Origin: Streptacidiphilus fuscans
GTDB taxonomy: Bacteria > Actinomycetota > Actinomycetes > Streptomycetales > Streptomycetaceae
Assembly: GCF_015690355.1 (NCBI RefSeq)
Contig: NZ_JADPRT010000006.1
Location: 16,003-56,002, forward strand
Direction: 5' to 3'
Length of the DNA stretch: 40,000 nt
The notes under the pieces are model-generated. The model was not told the DNA's origin. It searched no databases and was given only the letters and a program-made list of their open reading frames with translations. Below, piece after piece: positions 23,681-31,582 of this stretch; position 1 is the stretch's first letter; each line of letters begins with the position of its first letter. Both the position numbers and the translations under genes were made by a program.

Positions 23681-25032
23681 TGCCGCAGATCTTCGACTCG
23701 GGCAACTCCGCCTGGCTGATCATGGCGGCGGCCATGGTGCTGCTGATGGCACCGGGCCTCGCCTTCTTCTACGGCGGCATGGTGAAGACCAGTCAGGTCA
23801 TCGCCATGCTCAAGATGTGCTTCGGCTGCGTGGTGCTGGTCAGCATCCTGTGGTTCGCGGTCGGCTACTCGCTCGCCTTCGGCAAGGACGCGGGCGGCCT
23901 GGGCGTGATCGGCTCCTTCGACCACGTCTTCATGACCGGCGTCGGCCTCACCAGCCGCACCGGCTCCGTCCCGACGGTGACCTTCTCCGTCTTCCACATG
24001 TCCTTCGCCATCGTCACGGTCGCCCTGATCAGCGGCTCGGTGGCGGGACGCGCCAAGATGAGGGGCTGGCTGGTCTTCGCCTCGGTCTGGACGCTGCTGG
24101 TCTACGTGCCGATGGCGCACTGGGTCTTCTCGCCCGACGGCTGGGTGGCCAAGCAGCTGGGCGCGGTCGACTTCTCCGGCGGCACGGTCGTCGAACTGGC
24201 CTCCGGCGCGGCGGGTCTGGCGCTGGCGGCGGTCGCCGGTCGGCGCGAGGACTTCGAGCGTCAGCCGATCCGTCCGCACAACCTGCCGCTGGTCGTGATC
24301 GGCCTGGCGCTGCTCTGGTTCGGCTGGTTCGGCTTCAACACCGGCTCGTCGCTGGGCGTTCCGGGCGCGGCGCCGATGGCGTTCGTCAACACCCAGTTCG
24401 CCGCCGGTGCGGCCATGGCGGGCTGGGCGGTGACCAGTTGGTGGCGCACCCGCCAGGTGGGGCTGCTCGACATCAGCATGGGCGCGGTCACCGGAATGGT
24501 CGCGATGACCCCGGCCGCCGGTGACCTGACCCCGCTGTGGGCCTCGGTGATCGGCTTCCTGGCCGGTCTGACCTGCGCCTTCGCGATCAGCTGGAAGTAC
24601 CGCTTCGGCGTCGACGACACCCTGGACGTGGTGGGTATCCACGGCTGGGGCGGCCTCTTCGGCATGGTGATGGCCGGTCTCGCCGCCACCGGCGTGATGA
24701 CCGGCAAGAAGGGCCTGTTCTACGGCGGCGGTTGGGACCTGCTGGGCAAGCAACTGGTCGCCGTGCTGGTGATCGGGCTCTTCGCGTTCGCCATGACCGC
24801 GCTGATCGGCAAGGTGGTCGACCTGACCGTCGGCCTGCGCCAGTCGCCGCACGCGGCCGAGGAGGAGCACGAGCAGGTCTACCAGAACGACTGGGACGTC
24901 CAGTTCAAGGAGATCGCCGACGCCCTGCGCGGCAGCGGCATCCGCGAGGACGGCAGGGAGGAGGACCCGAGCGCCCTGCTGGAGCAGGTCCGCAGGATCC
25001 TTGCCGCCGACCCGGAGCAGTTGCGGGAGTGA
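23680..25032 (+). CDS. amt: Amt-family ammonium transporter, paralogue 2 (450 aa)
   Basis: DSGNSAWLIMAAAMVLLMAPGLAFFYGGMV, DFSGGTVVELASG, WFGWFGFNTGS and DDTLDVVGIHGWGG. The start shares one base with the Amt1 stop (TGATG). Confidence 0.95.
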   Translation: MPQIFDSGNSAWLIMAAAMVLLMAPGLAFFYGGMVKTSQVIAMLKMCFGCVVLVSILWFAVGYSLAFGKDAGGLGVIGSFDHVFMTGVGLTSRTGSVPTVTFSVFHMSFAIVTVALISGSVAGRAKMRGWLVFASVWTLLVYVPMAHWVFSPDGWVAKQLGAVDFSGGTVVELASGAAGLALAAVAGRREDFERQPIRPHNLPLVVIGLALLWFGWFGFNTGSSLGVPGAAPMAFVNTQFAAGAAMAGWAVTSWWRTRQVGLLDISMGAVTGMVAMTPAAGDLTPLWASVIGFLAGLTCAFAISWKYRFGVDDTLDVVGIHGWGGLFGMVMAGLAATGVMTGKKGLFYGGGWDLLGKQLVAVLVIGLFAFAMTALIGKVVDLTVGLRQSPHAAEEEHEQVYQNDWDVQFKEIADALRGSGIREDGREEDPSALLEQVRRILAADPEQLRE

Positions 25033-25055
25033 ACCCCGCATGACGGCGGAGCCGT

Positions 25056-25179
25056 GGGGGGGGGGGGGCCGGCCGGCGGCGCCGCCCGGGGGCGCGTGAG
25101 TGCGGCACCGCGCCGGGCCTGGTGGGTGGCGCCCCCCCCGGGGGGGGGGGGCGGGGGGGGGGGGGGCCCCCGGCCCCCC
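25056..25179. repeat. Block of extreme G/C homopolymers: G13 (25056-25068); C8 (25132-25139); G12 (25140-25151); C; G14 (25153-25166); C5; GG; C6 (25174-25179)
   Basis: Counted directly from the sequence. Lies between the amt2 stop (25032) and the conserved core of the histidine phosphatase gene. Confidence 0.9.
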
Positions 25180-25232
25180 GGCTCCGCCGTGCGCTGCTTG
25201 CGTCCGGCACCTCGCAGGACCAGGGTGGCGGT

Positions 25233-25811
25233 GTGTCCTCCGCAAGCCCCCACCCTCCCGAACGTGCCAGACGCCTGATCGTGCTGCGGCACGCCAAGTC
25301 CGCCTGGCCCGACGGCGTGGCCGACCTGGACCGGCCGCTCGGCCCGCGCGGTCGCCGCGACGCACCCCGGATCGGCGCCTGGCTGCGCGCCACCGGCCAC
25401 GTGCCCGACCTCGTGCTCTGCTCCCCCGCCCAACGGACCAGGGAGACCCTGGAACTGGTCGCCACCGGCCTCGGCGGACGGCCGGGGTCGGCGGAGTCGG
25501 CGGAGTCACCGATCGACGTGCGCATGGAACCGCGGCTCTACTCCGCCGACGCCGACGACCTGCTGGCGCTGGCCCGCGCCGCGCCCGCCGACTGCGCCGC
25601 GCTGATGCTGGTGGGCCACCAACCAGCCGTGCAGGAGCTGGTGTTGGAGCTGATCGGCGACCGTCCGGACGAACACCCGGCCGCCACGCTGCTCCGCGAG
25701 AAGTTCCCCACCGGAGCCGCGGCGGTGCTCGACGTCCCGGGCCCCTGGTCCGAGCTGGACGCCGGCGGGGCGCCGCTTGTCACCTTCGTCAGGCCCCGCG
25801 ACCTGCCGTAG
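25233..25811 (+). CDS. Histidine phosphatase superfamily protein (SixA-like)
   Basis: Conserved core RLIVLRHAKSAWPDG...DRPLGPRGRRDA...LVGHQPAV. The start is uncertain: GTG 25233 is preferred. Track start 25122 would add a poly-Gly/Pro leader encoded by the homopolymer block. Confidence 0.8.
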   Translation: MSSASPHPPERARRLIVLRHAKSAWPDGVADLDRPLGPRGRRDAPRIGAWLRATGHVPDLVLCSPAQRTRETLELVATGLGGRPGSAESAESPIDVRMEPRLYSADADDLLALARAAPADCAALMLVGHQPAVQELVLELIGDRPDEHPAATLLREKFPTGAAAVLDVPGPWSELDAGGAPLVTFVRPRDLP

Positions 25812-25845
25812 TCGCACGAACGCCGCCACGGGCCCTGACGCGCCG

Positions 25846-27090
25846 TCACAGCCGGACGATCACCAGCGCCGTGTCGTCCGTGACACCCGCGGGCGGGAGC
25901 AGGTCCGTCAGCACGGCGTCGGCCAGCGCCTCCGAGTCCGCGTCGCGGTGGCGGACCAGCGATTCGGCGAGCAGGTTCAGGCCGACGTCGATGTCCCGGT
26001 CGCGGCGCTCGATCAGGCCGTCGGTGTAGAGGACCAGCACGTCCCCCTCACTGAAAGGGACGACCGCCTGCGGTCGCGTGGTCAGTTCCGGCCGCGCGTC
26101 CAGCGGCGGATCGGTCGCCTGGTCCAGAAATTCCACCCGGCTGCCGCCGCGCAGCAGCGCGGGCGGCGGATGACCGGCGCTGCTGTAGGTGATCAGCTGG
26201 TGGTCCCAGTCGACGAAGACGGTCACCACAGTCGTCGACTGCGCGCCCTCGACCGAACGGGAGTAGCGGCCGAGGACCTCCAGCGCGTGCGCGGGCCCCG
26301 TCGCGACACGGGAGGCCGCGCTCAGCGCGCTGCGCAGCTGTCCCATCACCCCGGCGGCCTCCAGCCCGTGCCCGACCACGTCGCCTACGGACACCCCGAT
26401 CCGGTCCCCGCCGGGCGTGCCGGAGTCGGCCAGGTCGACCAGGTCGTACCAGTCGCCGCAGACATTGAGCGCGACGGTCGCCGGCCGGTAACGCACGGCC
26501 ACCGGGTGGTTCCGTACCGGCCCGGGCGCGGGCAGCATCGACCGCTGCAGCGACAGCGCGATCACCCGCTCGCGGGCGTTGGCCTGCCGCAACTGCGCGT
26601 TGACCTCCTGCAGCTCCCGGACGCGGGTGTAGAGCTCGGCCTCCAGCGCGCGGGTCCGGTCACCGGTGGGGTGGTCGTGGGCGTGGATCAGCTCGGTGAC
26701 CTCCTCGACCCGGTGGATCAGCAGCTCCACCTTGCCGTCGGGCCCGAGGACCGGGGCGTTGACCGGGCTCCAGTAGCGCTCCTCCCACTCCCCCGGCCGG
26801 TCGGTCGACTCCACGTCGTAGCGCTGCAGGGCCATCACGTCGCGCTCGCCGCTCGCCAGCACCCGCTCCAGCGACGCCGCGAGGTTGCGGACGCCGTCGG
26901 CGCCCGGGTCGTTCGGGTTGTCCGGGAACACGTCGAAGAGGTAGCGCCCGATCAGCTGGTCCCGGGTGCGGCCGGAGAGGTGCAGGAACGCCTCGTTGGC
27001 GTCCAGATAGATCAGCTCGGGGGTCAGCAGGGCGGCCATGCCCGGCAATGACTGGAAGACCCCTTCGTAGTCGATCGCCACCTCGGTCAT
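25846..27090 (-). CDS. PAS-domain-containing PP2C/SpoIIE-family serine phosphatase
   Basis: 414 aa. The N-terminal PAS region (LTPELIYLDANEAFLHLSGRTRDQLIGRYLFDVFPDNP...) is followed by a coiled linker and a SpoIIE domain (GDWYDL, GDVVGHG, LYTDGLIE). Confidence 0.9.
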   Translation of the reverse strand: MTEVAIDYEGVFQSLPGMAALLTPELIYLDANEAFLHLSGRTRDQLIGRYLFDVFPDNPNDPGADGVRNLAASLERVLASGERDVMALQRYDVESTDRPGEWEERYWSPVNAPVLGPDGKVELLIHRVEEVTELIHAHDHPTGDRTRALEAELYTRVRELQEVNAQLRQANARERVIALSLQRSMLPAPGPVRNHPVAVRYRPATVALNVCGDWYDLVDLADSGTPGGDRIGVSVGDVVGHGLEAAGVMGQLRSALSAASRVATGPAHALEVLGRYSRSVEGAQSTTVVTVFVDWDHQLITYSSAGHPPPALLRGGSRVEFLDQATDPPLDARPELTTRPQAVVPFSEGDVLVLYTDGLIERRDRDIDVGLNLLAESLVRHRDADSEALADAVLTDLLPPAGVTDDTALVIVRL

Positions 27091-27161
27091 GGTGCTCCGT
27101 CTGGCTCCGCTGGATCCGAACGACAGGTCCCCGACTCATTCTCACCCCCTCGGAGCCACTC

Positions 27162-27938
27162 TCACCACGGCACGGGCGTGCCGTCCCAGGAGTGGAACGC
27201 TCCGGTCGGGCCGTCCTCGGGCAGCAGGGCCAGGCGCACAGCACCCGCCGCGGCCTCGGCCGGGTCGCCGTCGCTCTCCGCAGCGAGCGCGTTGAGGTCG
27301 GTGCGGCGCAGGCCGGGCGCGAGGGCGTTGACCTTGAAGCCCTCGGGGGCGAGCGTCTGGGCGTAGAAGAGCGTGAGCGCGTTCAGCGCGGTCTTGGAGC
27401 TGCGGTAGGCCGCGCCGGAGCCCGCCGAGAAGGCGAACGGGCGGTTCGGGTCCTCGCTCCAGGCGAGCGATCCGGTGCCGCTGGAGATGTTGACGATGCG
27501 CGGCGCGGCCGAGCGGCGCAGCGCGGGGAGGAAGGCGTTGGTCACCGTCAGCACGCCGAAGACGTTGGTCTCGAAGGTGCGGCGGAAGGCGTCGAGGTCG
27601 GCGTCCGGCGCGGTGCTGCCCTCGGCCATGATCCCGGCGTTGTTGACCAGGATGTCCAGCCGCTCGACCTGCCGGGCGGCCTCCGCCACGCTGTCCGGGT
27701 CGGTGACGTCCAGGACCAGGAGACGCACGTCCCCGTCCTTGGCCAGTTCCTCGGCGGCGTGGCGGCCACGCTCCGGGTCGCGCGTGCCGAGCAGGACGGT
27801 GACGCCCGCCGCCGCGAGCTGCCGGGCGATCTCCTTGCCGATGCCCTTGTTGGCGCCGGTCACCAGCGCGGTGGCTGTGCGTGCGGAAGCTGCGGAAACG
27901 GTGGAAGCCGTGGAAGCCGTGGAAGATGCGTCATTCAT
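27162..27938 (-). CDS. SDR oxidoreductase (carbonyl-reductase-like)
   Basis: ALVTGANKGIGKE, NNAG, ISSG and YRSSKTAL. ATG 27938 behind GGAAGG is preferred over 27971. The N-terminal STASTAS derives from a 9-bp repeat, GTGGAAGCC x2-3. Confidence 0.9.
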   Translation of the reverse strand: MNDASSTASTASTVSAASARTATALVTGANKGIGKEIARQLAAAGVTVLLGTRDPERGRHAAEELAKDGDVRLLVLDVTDPDSVAEAARQVERLDILVNNAGIMAEGSTAPDADLDAFRRTFETNVFGVLTVTNAFLPALRRSAAPRIVNISSGTGSLAWSEDPNRPFAFSAGSGAAYRSSKTALNALTLFYAQTLAPEGFKVNALAPGLRRTDLNALAAESDGDPAEAAAGAVRLALLPEDGPTGAFHSWDGTPVPW

Positions 27939-28025
27939 GCCTTCCAGCCTCCTCGTCCGGACTCCGGGCAACCAGGTGTGCCCGATACCCGGATACGGAC
28001 GGTGACGGGCGGCTGGGATGTCACA

Positions 28026-28715
28026 TCATGCCTTCGCCGGACCGTCCTCGGCGAGAAGGCGGCGCAGCGCCGGGAGCAGGGCGTCGAGCGGCTGTGAGCT
28101 CTGGAAGGCGACCACGGTCGTCCCCGCGACGTCGTCGGTGGCCGGGGCCGGGGCGGTGAAGAGGGCGATCACCTCCTGCATCGCCGCGTCCAGCTCCGCC
28201 AGCGGGTCCTGGCACTCGCCGCGCAGCCAGCGGCGCAGCACGTGGTTGTGCGCGGACGCGACGGCCGCGGCCATCAGCTCGGCGCGCAGGGCCGCGCCGG
28301 GCGCCTCGTCACCCATCCACGCCGTGATGAACTCGCGGAAGAGGCGCTGGTAACGCGCCACGCTGGCGATCTCACGGTCCCGCAGCGCGGAGACCTTGCT
28401 GGTCAGCGCGTAGCGGCGGCGGGCGATGTCGCCCTCCTCCAGGTAGTGCAGCAGCACCAGCCGGACGGCGTCGGAGACGGCGACCAGGGCGGTGGCGTCG
28501 GAGGACACCGCCAGCCGGGCGCGGATCGCGTCGAGCAGGCCGTCGTGGTCGGGGAAGACCACGGCCTCCTTGGACCCGTAGTAGCGGAAGAACGTCGACC
28601 GGCCGACCCCGGCGCGCTCGACGATGTCGTCGACCGTTGTCTGGTCGTATCCGCGCTCGTCGAAGAGCGAGAGGGCGGCGTCGGCCAGCCGGTCGCGCGC
28701 TGAAGGCCTGGTCAT
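28026..28715 (-). CDS. TetR-family transcriptional regulator
   Basis: ATG 28715: MTRPSARDRLADAALSLFDERGYDQTTVDDIVERAGVGRSTFFRYYGSKE is a TetR_N HTH. The track ORF to 28853 is over-extended. Same strand as the downstream SDR. Confidence 0.9.
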   Translation of the reverse strand: MTRPSARDRLADAALSLFDERGYDQTTVDDIVERAGVGRSTFFRYYGSKEAVVFPDHDGLLDAIRARLAVSSDATALVAVSDAVRLVLLHYLEEGDIARRRYALTSKVSALRDREIASVARYQRLFREFITAWMGDEAPGAALRAELMAAAVASAHNHVLRRWLRGECQDPLAELDAAMQEVIALFTAPAPATDDVAGTTVVAFQSSQPLDALLPALRRLLAEDGPAKA

Positions 28716-28812
28716 GGGGTCACATCCTGGCGTGTCCGGGCTCGGGACACCACTCGTCACCTCTTGTTTTGGCTCTTGTTTCGTCCTGTGGCCGCCTCTT
28801 GCCACTTTGCAT

Positions 28813-28846
28813 GGAACTGAGTACCGTCCAAATGGTATCCGGTTCC
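28813..28846. promoter_or_regulatory. Imperfect 34-bp palindrome GGAACtgaGTACCgtccaaatGGTATccgGTTCC (candidate TetR operator)
   Basis: Seen directly in the divergent TetR/DUF35 intergenic region. Confidence 0.4.
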
Positions 28847-28933
28847 ACCCCATACCCCCGGATCACACCTCCCCTGCCCCAGGACCGCGGCCCTGCCCGC
28901 ATCCCGGTCCGATCCGAAGGAGGAACAGACCAG

Positions 28934-29374
28934 ATGACGCCGCCCACCGCGATCGCCCCCGCCTTCGCGACCGCCCCGCCCGTCTTCGTGCCCACGTATG
29001 TGCCCGCCCCGCCCCGTGTCGCCTCCGACGCCGCGGACCAGACCCTTGGACTGCGCTTCCAGCGCTGCACGTGGTGCGACTCGGCGCAGCCGCGTCCCGC
29101 GCTGATGTGCCGGGTCTGCCGCAGCGAGAGCTTCCGCTGGGAGGAGAGCCAGGGCATGGGCCAGGTGGTCCACTCGCCGGCCATCGCCCGCAAGCCGGTC
29201 TCCACGCCCCGGCTGACGATGATCCAGCTCGACGAGGGCCCCCTGGTCGACGCCTGGGTCCTCGGCGGCCCGCAGGACCAGCTCTGGCCGGGCGCCCGGG
29301 TCCGCTTCACGGACGCGGAGGACGCCTCGGGCCGCCCCGTCTTCGAGCTCAACGAGCTGAGCTGGGGCGACTGA
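28934..29374 (+). CDS. Zn-ribbon/OB-fold protein (DUF35 family)
   Basis: 146 aa. Rubredoxin-like CTWC...CRVC Zn ribbon followed by an OB-fold-like segment (GQVVHSPAI...LTMIQLDEGPLVDAWV). GAAGGAGGA RBS. Confidence 0.75.
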   Translation: MTPPTAIAPAFATAPPVFVPTYVPAPPRVASDAADQTLGLRFQRCTWCDSAQPRPALMCRVCRSESFRWEESQGMGQVVHSPAIARKPVSTPRLTMIQLDEGPLVDAWVLGGPQDQLWPGARVRFTDAEDASGRPVFELNELSWGD

Positions 29375-29407
29375 CGGCCCGAACGGGCCGCTGTGCCGTG
29401 CTCTCTG

Positions 29408-30169
29408 TCAGAACGTCAGTTCCGACTGCACAGACGTGACTTCGGAGACGAGGCTCTGCCGGATGAAGTACTCGGTGCCGAAGAGGCGCATCCGGAGCTC
29501 GGCCGACATCTTCGAGACCATGCCGGGCATCGCGCCCCGCTCCACCTCGCTGCGGTGGGCCAGGATGGCCGCGACCTTCTGCCCCATCCAGGGACCGACC
29601 TCGCACGCGGTGTCGACCTGCTCGTCCGGGACGGTGTAGAGCGTCCTCGTGCCGCCCTCGATCTCCTGGAAGCCCGGGACGCACGAGTGCGGGTAAGTGG
29701 AGAAGTAGAGGGCGCGCGGCTGCCAGGGGTCACCGGCCTCCGGGTAGAGCTGGGCCAGTCCGGCCGCCTGGGCCGCGAGCACGGTCACCCGGTGCGCGTG
29801 CCGGTGGTCGGCATGGCCGGTCAGCCCGCCGTACGCGTCGTGCGTGAGGATCAGCTCCGGACGGAACTCACGGATGTGCGCCACCAGCCTGCCGACGGCC
29901 TCGTCGAGCGGCGCGTCGCAGAACCGCGCGCATCCGGGGGCCGAGGGCTCGAAGTGCGCGTCGGCGTAGCCAAGCATCCGCGGCTTCTCCGCACCGAGCA
30001 GGCGTGCGGCCTCGGCCAACTCCTCGGCGCGCCAGGTGTCCTCCGCCCAGGTCGCGCTCACGACCGCGGTCCGCGCGCCCGCGGCGGCGTGCCGGGCCAG
30101 GACTCCGCCCGCCGCCAACGACTCGTCGTCCGGGTGTCCGAACACGGTGAGAATGCTGGGCGCGGCCAT
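29408..30169 (-). CDS. PIG-L/LmbE-family N-acetylglucosaminyl deacetylase
   Basis: 253 aa. LTVFGHPDDESLAAGG and GHADHRHAH zinc motifs. Confidence 0.9.
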   Translation of the reverse strand: MAAPSILTVFGHPDDESLAAGGVLARHAAAGARTAVVSATWAEDTWRAEELAEAARLLGAEKPRMLGYADAHFEPSAPGCARFCDAPLDEAVGRLVAHIREFRPELILTHDAYGGLTGHADHRHAHRVTVLAAQAAGLAQLYPEAGDPWQPRALYFSTYPHSCVPGFQEIEGGTRTLYTVPDEQVDTACEVGPWMGQKVAAILAHRSEVERGAMPGMVSKMSAELRMRLFGTEYFIRQSLVSEVTSVQSELTF

Positions 30170-30258
30170 CGAGGACCACCTCTCTGCTCGGATCCAGGCG
30201 CGGATCCAACCGGGATCGCGGCGCGGCTCCGGCCGAGCTTACGGCGTGCGGTGCTCGC

Positions 30259-30615
30259 TCAGTCCGTGGCGGGCGCCGCGCCTGCCGCGCCGCCCGCGAC
30301 CGGGCAGCCACCGCCGGGGAAGGTGCCGAGTTCGGCGACGCGGTAACCGTTCGGGTAGCCACGGACGTTGGAGTTCTGCCGGGCGTGGAACGGCTCACGG
30401 CGCGGCGGCAGCCGGCGGACGACCCGGCCGCGCAGCCGCAGCGATCCGCGCACGACGACGCTCAGCGCGGCGGGCGGCGCGCCGTAGCCGAACGCCTCCC
30501 GCAGCGGCGCGTCGAGCAGGCAGAGCGAGGCGCTGCGCATCAACGTCCCGGCCGGGCCGGGGTACCAGGACTGGAAGAGGTCCAGGGTGACACCGATCGT
30601 CAACAGCAGCGCCAT
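30259..30615 (-). CDS. Hypothetical protein (118 aa); possibly a C-terminal remnant of a larger gene
   Basis: High GC3, AGGGGA RBS. The tail ...VRGYPNGYRVAELGTFPGG resembles, from memory, the C-terminus of MpaB/DUF2236 oxygenases. Unverified. Confidence 0.5.
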   Translation of the reverse strand: MALLLTIGVTLDLFQSWYPGPAGTLMRSASLCLLDAPLREAFGYGAPPAALSVVVRGSLRLRGRVVRRLPPRREPFHARQNSNVRGYPNGYRVAELGTFPGGGCPVAGGAAGAAPATD

Positions 30616-30672
30616 GATCCCCTAGACTGCCCGGGCATGTGACCGGCTGTCACCGAAAAGGACGGGCCAGAG

Positions 30673-31506
30673 ATGTCCGAAGAGAACGCCCAGGAGAACC
30701 GTCAGGAGAGCGGCCCGGAGAACGGCCAGACCCCTGCCGCCCTGGACCCCAACGTGCCCAGCACCGCTCGGGTCTACGACTACCTCCTCGGCGGCAAGGA
30801 CAACTTCGCCTCCGACCGGGCCGCGGCCGAGCACCTGCTCTCCGCGCAGCCCACGGCGCGGGACATCGCGCAGGCCAACCGGCGGTTCCTGGTCCGCGCG
30901 GTGCGCCTGCTGGCCGAGAGCGGGATCCGCCAGTTCGTCGACATCGGCGCGGGCATCCCCACCAGCCCGAACGTCCACGAGATCGTGCGGGAGCACCAGC
31001 CGGACGCGCGGATCGTCTACGTCGACAACGACCCCGTCGTCCTCGCCCACACCCGTGCCCTGCGCGCCACCACGGGCGTCACCGCGCTCGACGGCGACCT
31101 GCGCAGACCCGACGAGATGCTGGGCCAGCTGCGGGAGTCGGGCGTCATCGACTTCTCCCAGCCGGTCGGGCTGCTGCTCATCTCGGTGATGCACTTCGTC
31201 CGCCGTGAGGAGGACCCGGCCGCCGTGATCCGCGCCTACACCGAGCCGCTGGCGGCGGGCAGCCACATGGTCATGTCCGTGGCCACCGGCGGCACACTCT
31301 CGGACGAGGAGATCGCCAAGGCCGAGAGCGCCTACGCCCACGCCTCCTCGGCGCTGACGCTCTACCGCCCGGCCGACGTGGCCGGCTGGCTGGAGCCGTA
31401 CGAGCTGCTCGAACCCGGCCTGGTCTCCTACTACAAGTGGCGTGCCGAGGAGATCGAGCCCGGAGGCCTCGGCGCACCCCTCGCGGCCGTGGCCCGGATC
31501 AGCTGA
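30673..31506 (+). CDS. SAM-dependent methyltransferase (DUF574 family)
   Basis: 277 aa. ARVYDYLLGGKDNFASDR ... QFVDIGAGIPT ... VYVDNDPVVLAH is the characteristic actinobacterial DUF574 pattern. Confidence 0.88.
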   Translation: MSEENAQENRQESGPENGQTPAALDPNVPSTARVYDYLLGGKDNFASDRAAAEHLLSAQPTARDIAQANRRFLVRAVRLLAESGIRQFVDIGAGIPTSPNVHEIVREHQPDARIVYVDNDPVVLAHTRALRATTGVTALDGDLRRPDEMLGQLRESGVIDFSQPVGLLLISVMHFVRREEDPAAVIRAYTEPLAAGSHMVMSVATGGTLSDEEIAKAESAYAHASSALTLYRPADVAGWLEPYELLEPGLVSYYKWRAEEIEPGGLGAPLAAVARIS

Positions 31507-31525
31507 CACACGCGCGAACTGTGCC

Positions 31526-31561
31526 CTTCGGGCGGGCCGTCCGCCGACGACCCGCCCGAAG
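31526..31561. terminator. Hairpin with 11-bp perfect stem between convergent genes
   Basis: CTTCGGGCGGG - 14 nt - CCCGCCCGAAG. Confidence 0.6.
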
Positions 31562-31582
31562 CTGTCCTGCGCATACGCGCTG

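Noticed and set aside
25122-25232. N-terminal poly-Gly/Pro extension of the histidine phosphatase ORF
   Set aside because: It is encoded entirely by the homopolymer tracts and lies upstream of the conserved RHAKS core. An internal GTG at 25233 gives a family-typical length. It is kept as an alternative in the poly-G finding.
23326-25509. 727-aa minus-strand ORF spanning amt2 and the homopolymer block, plus the overlapping plus-strand ORFs 23320.. and 25100..
   Set aside because: Arg/Pro-rich shadow frames. The plus-strand Amt frame explains the region.
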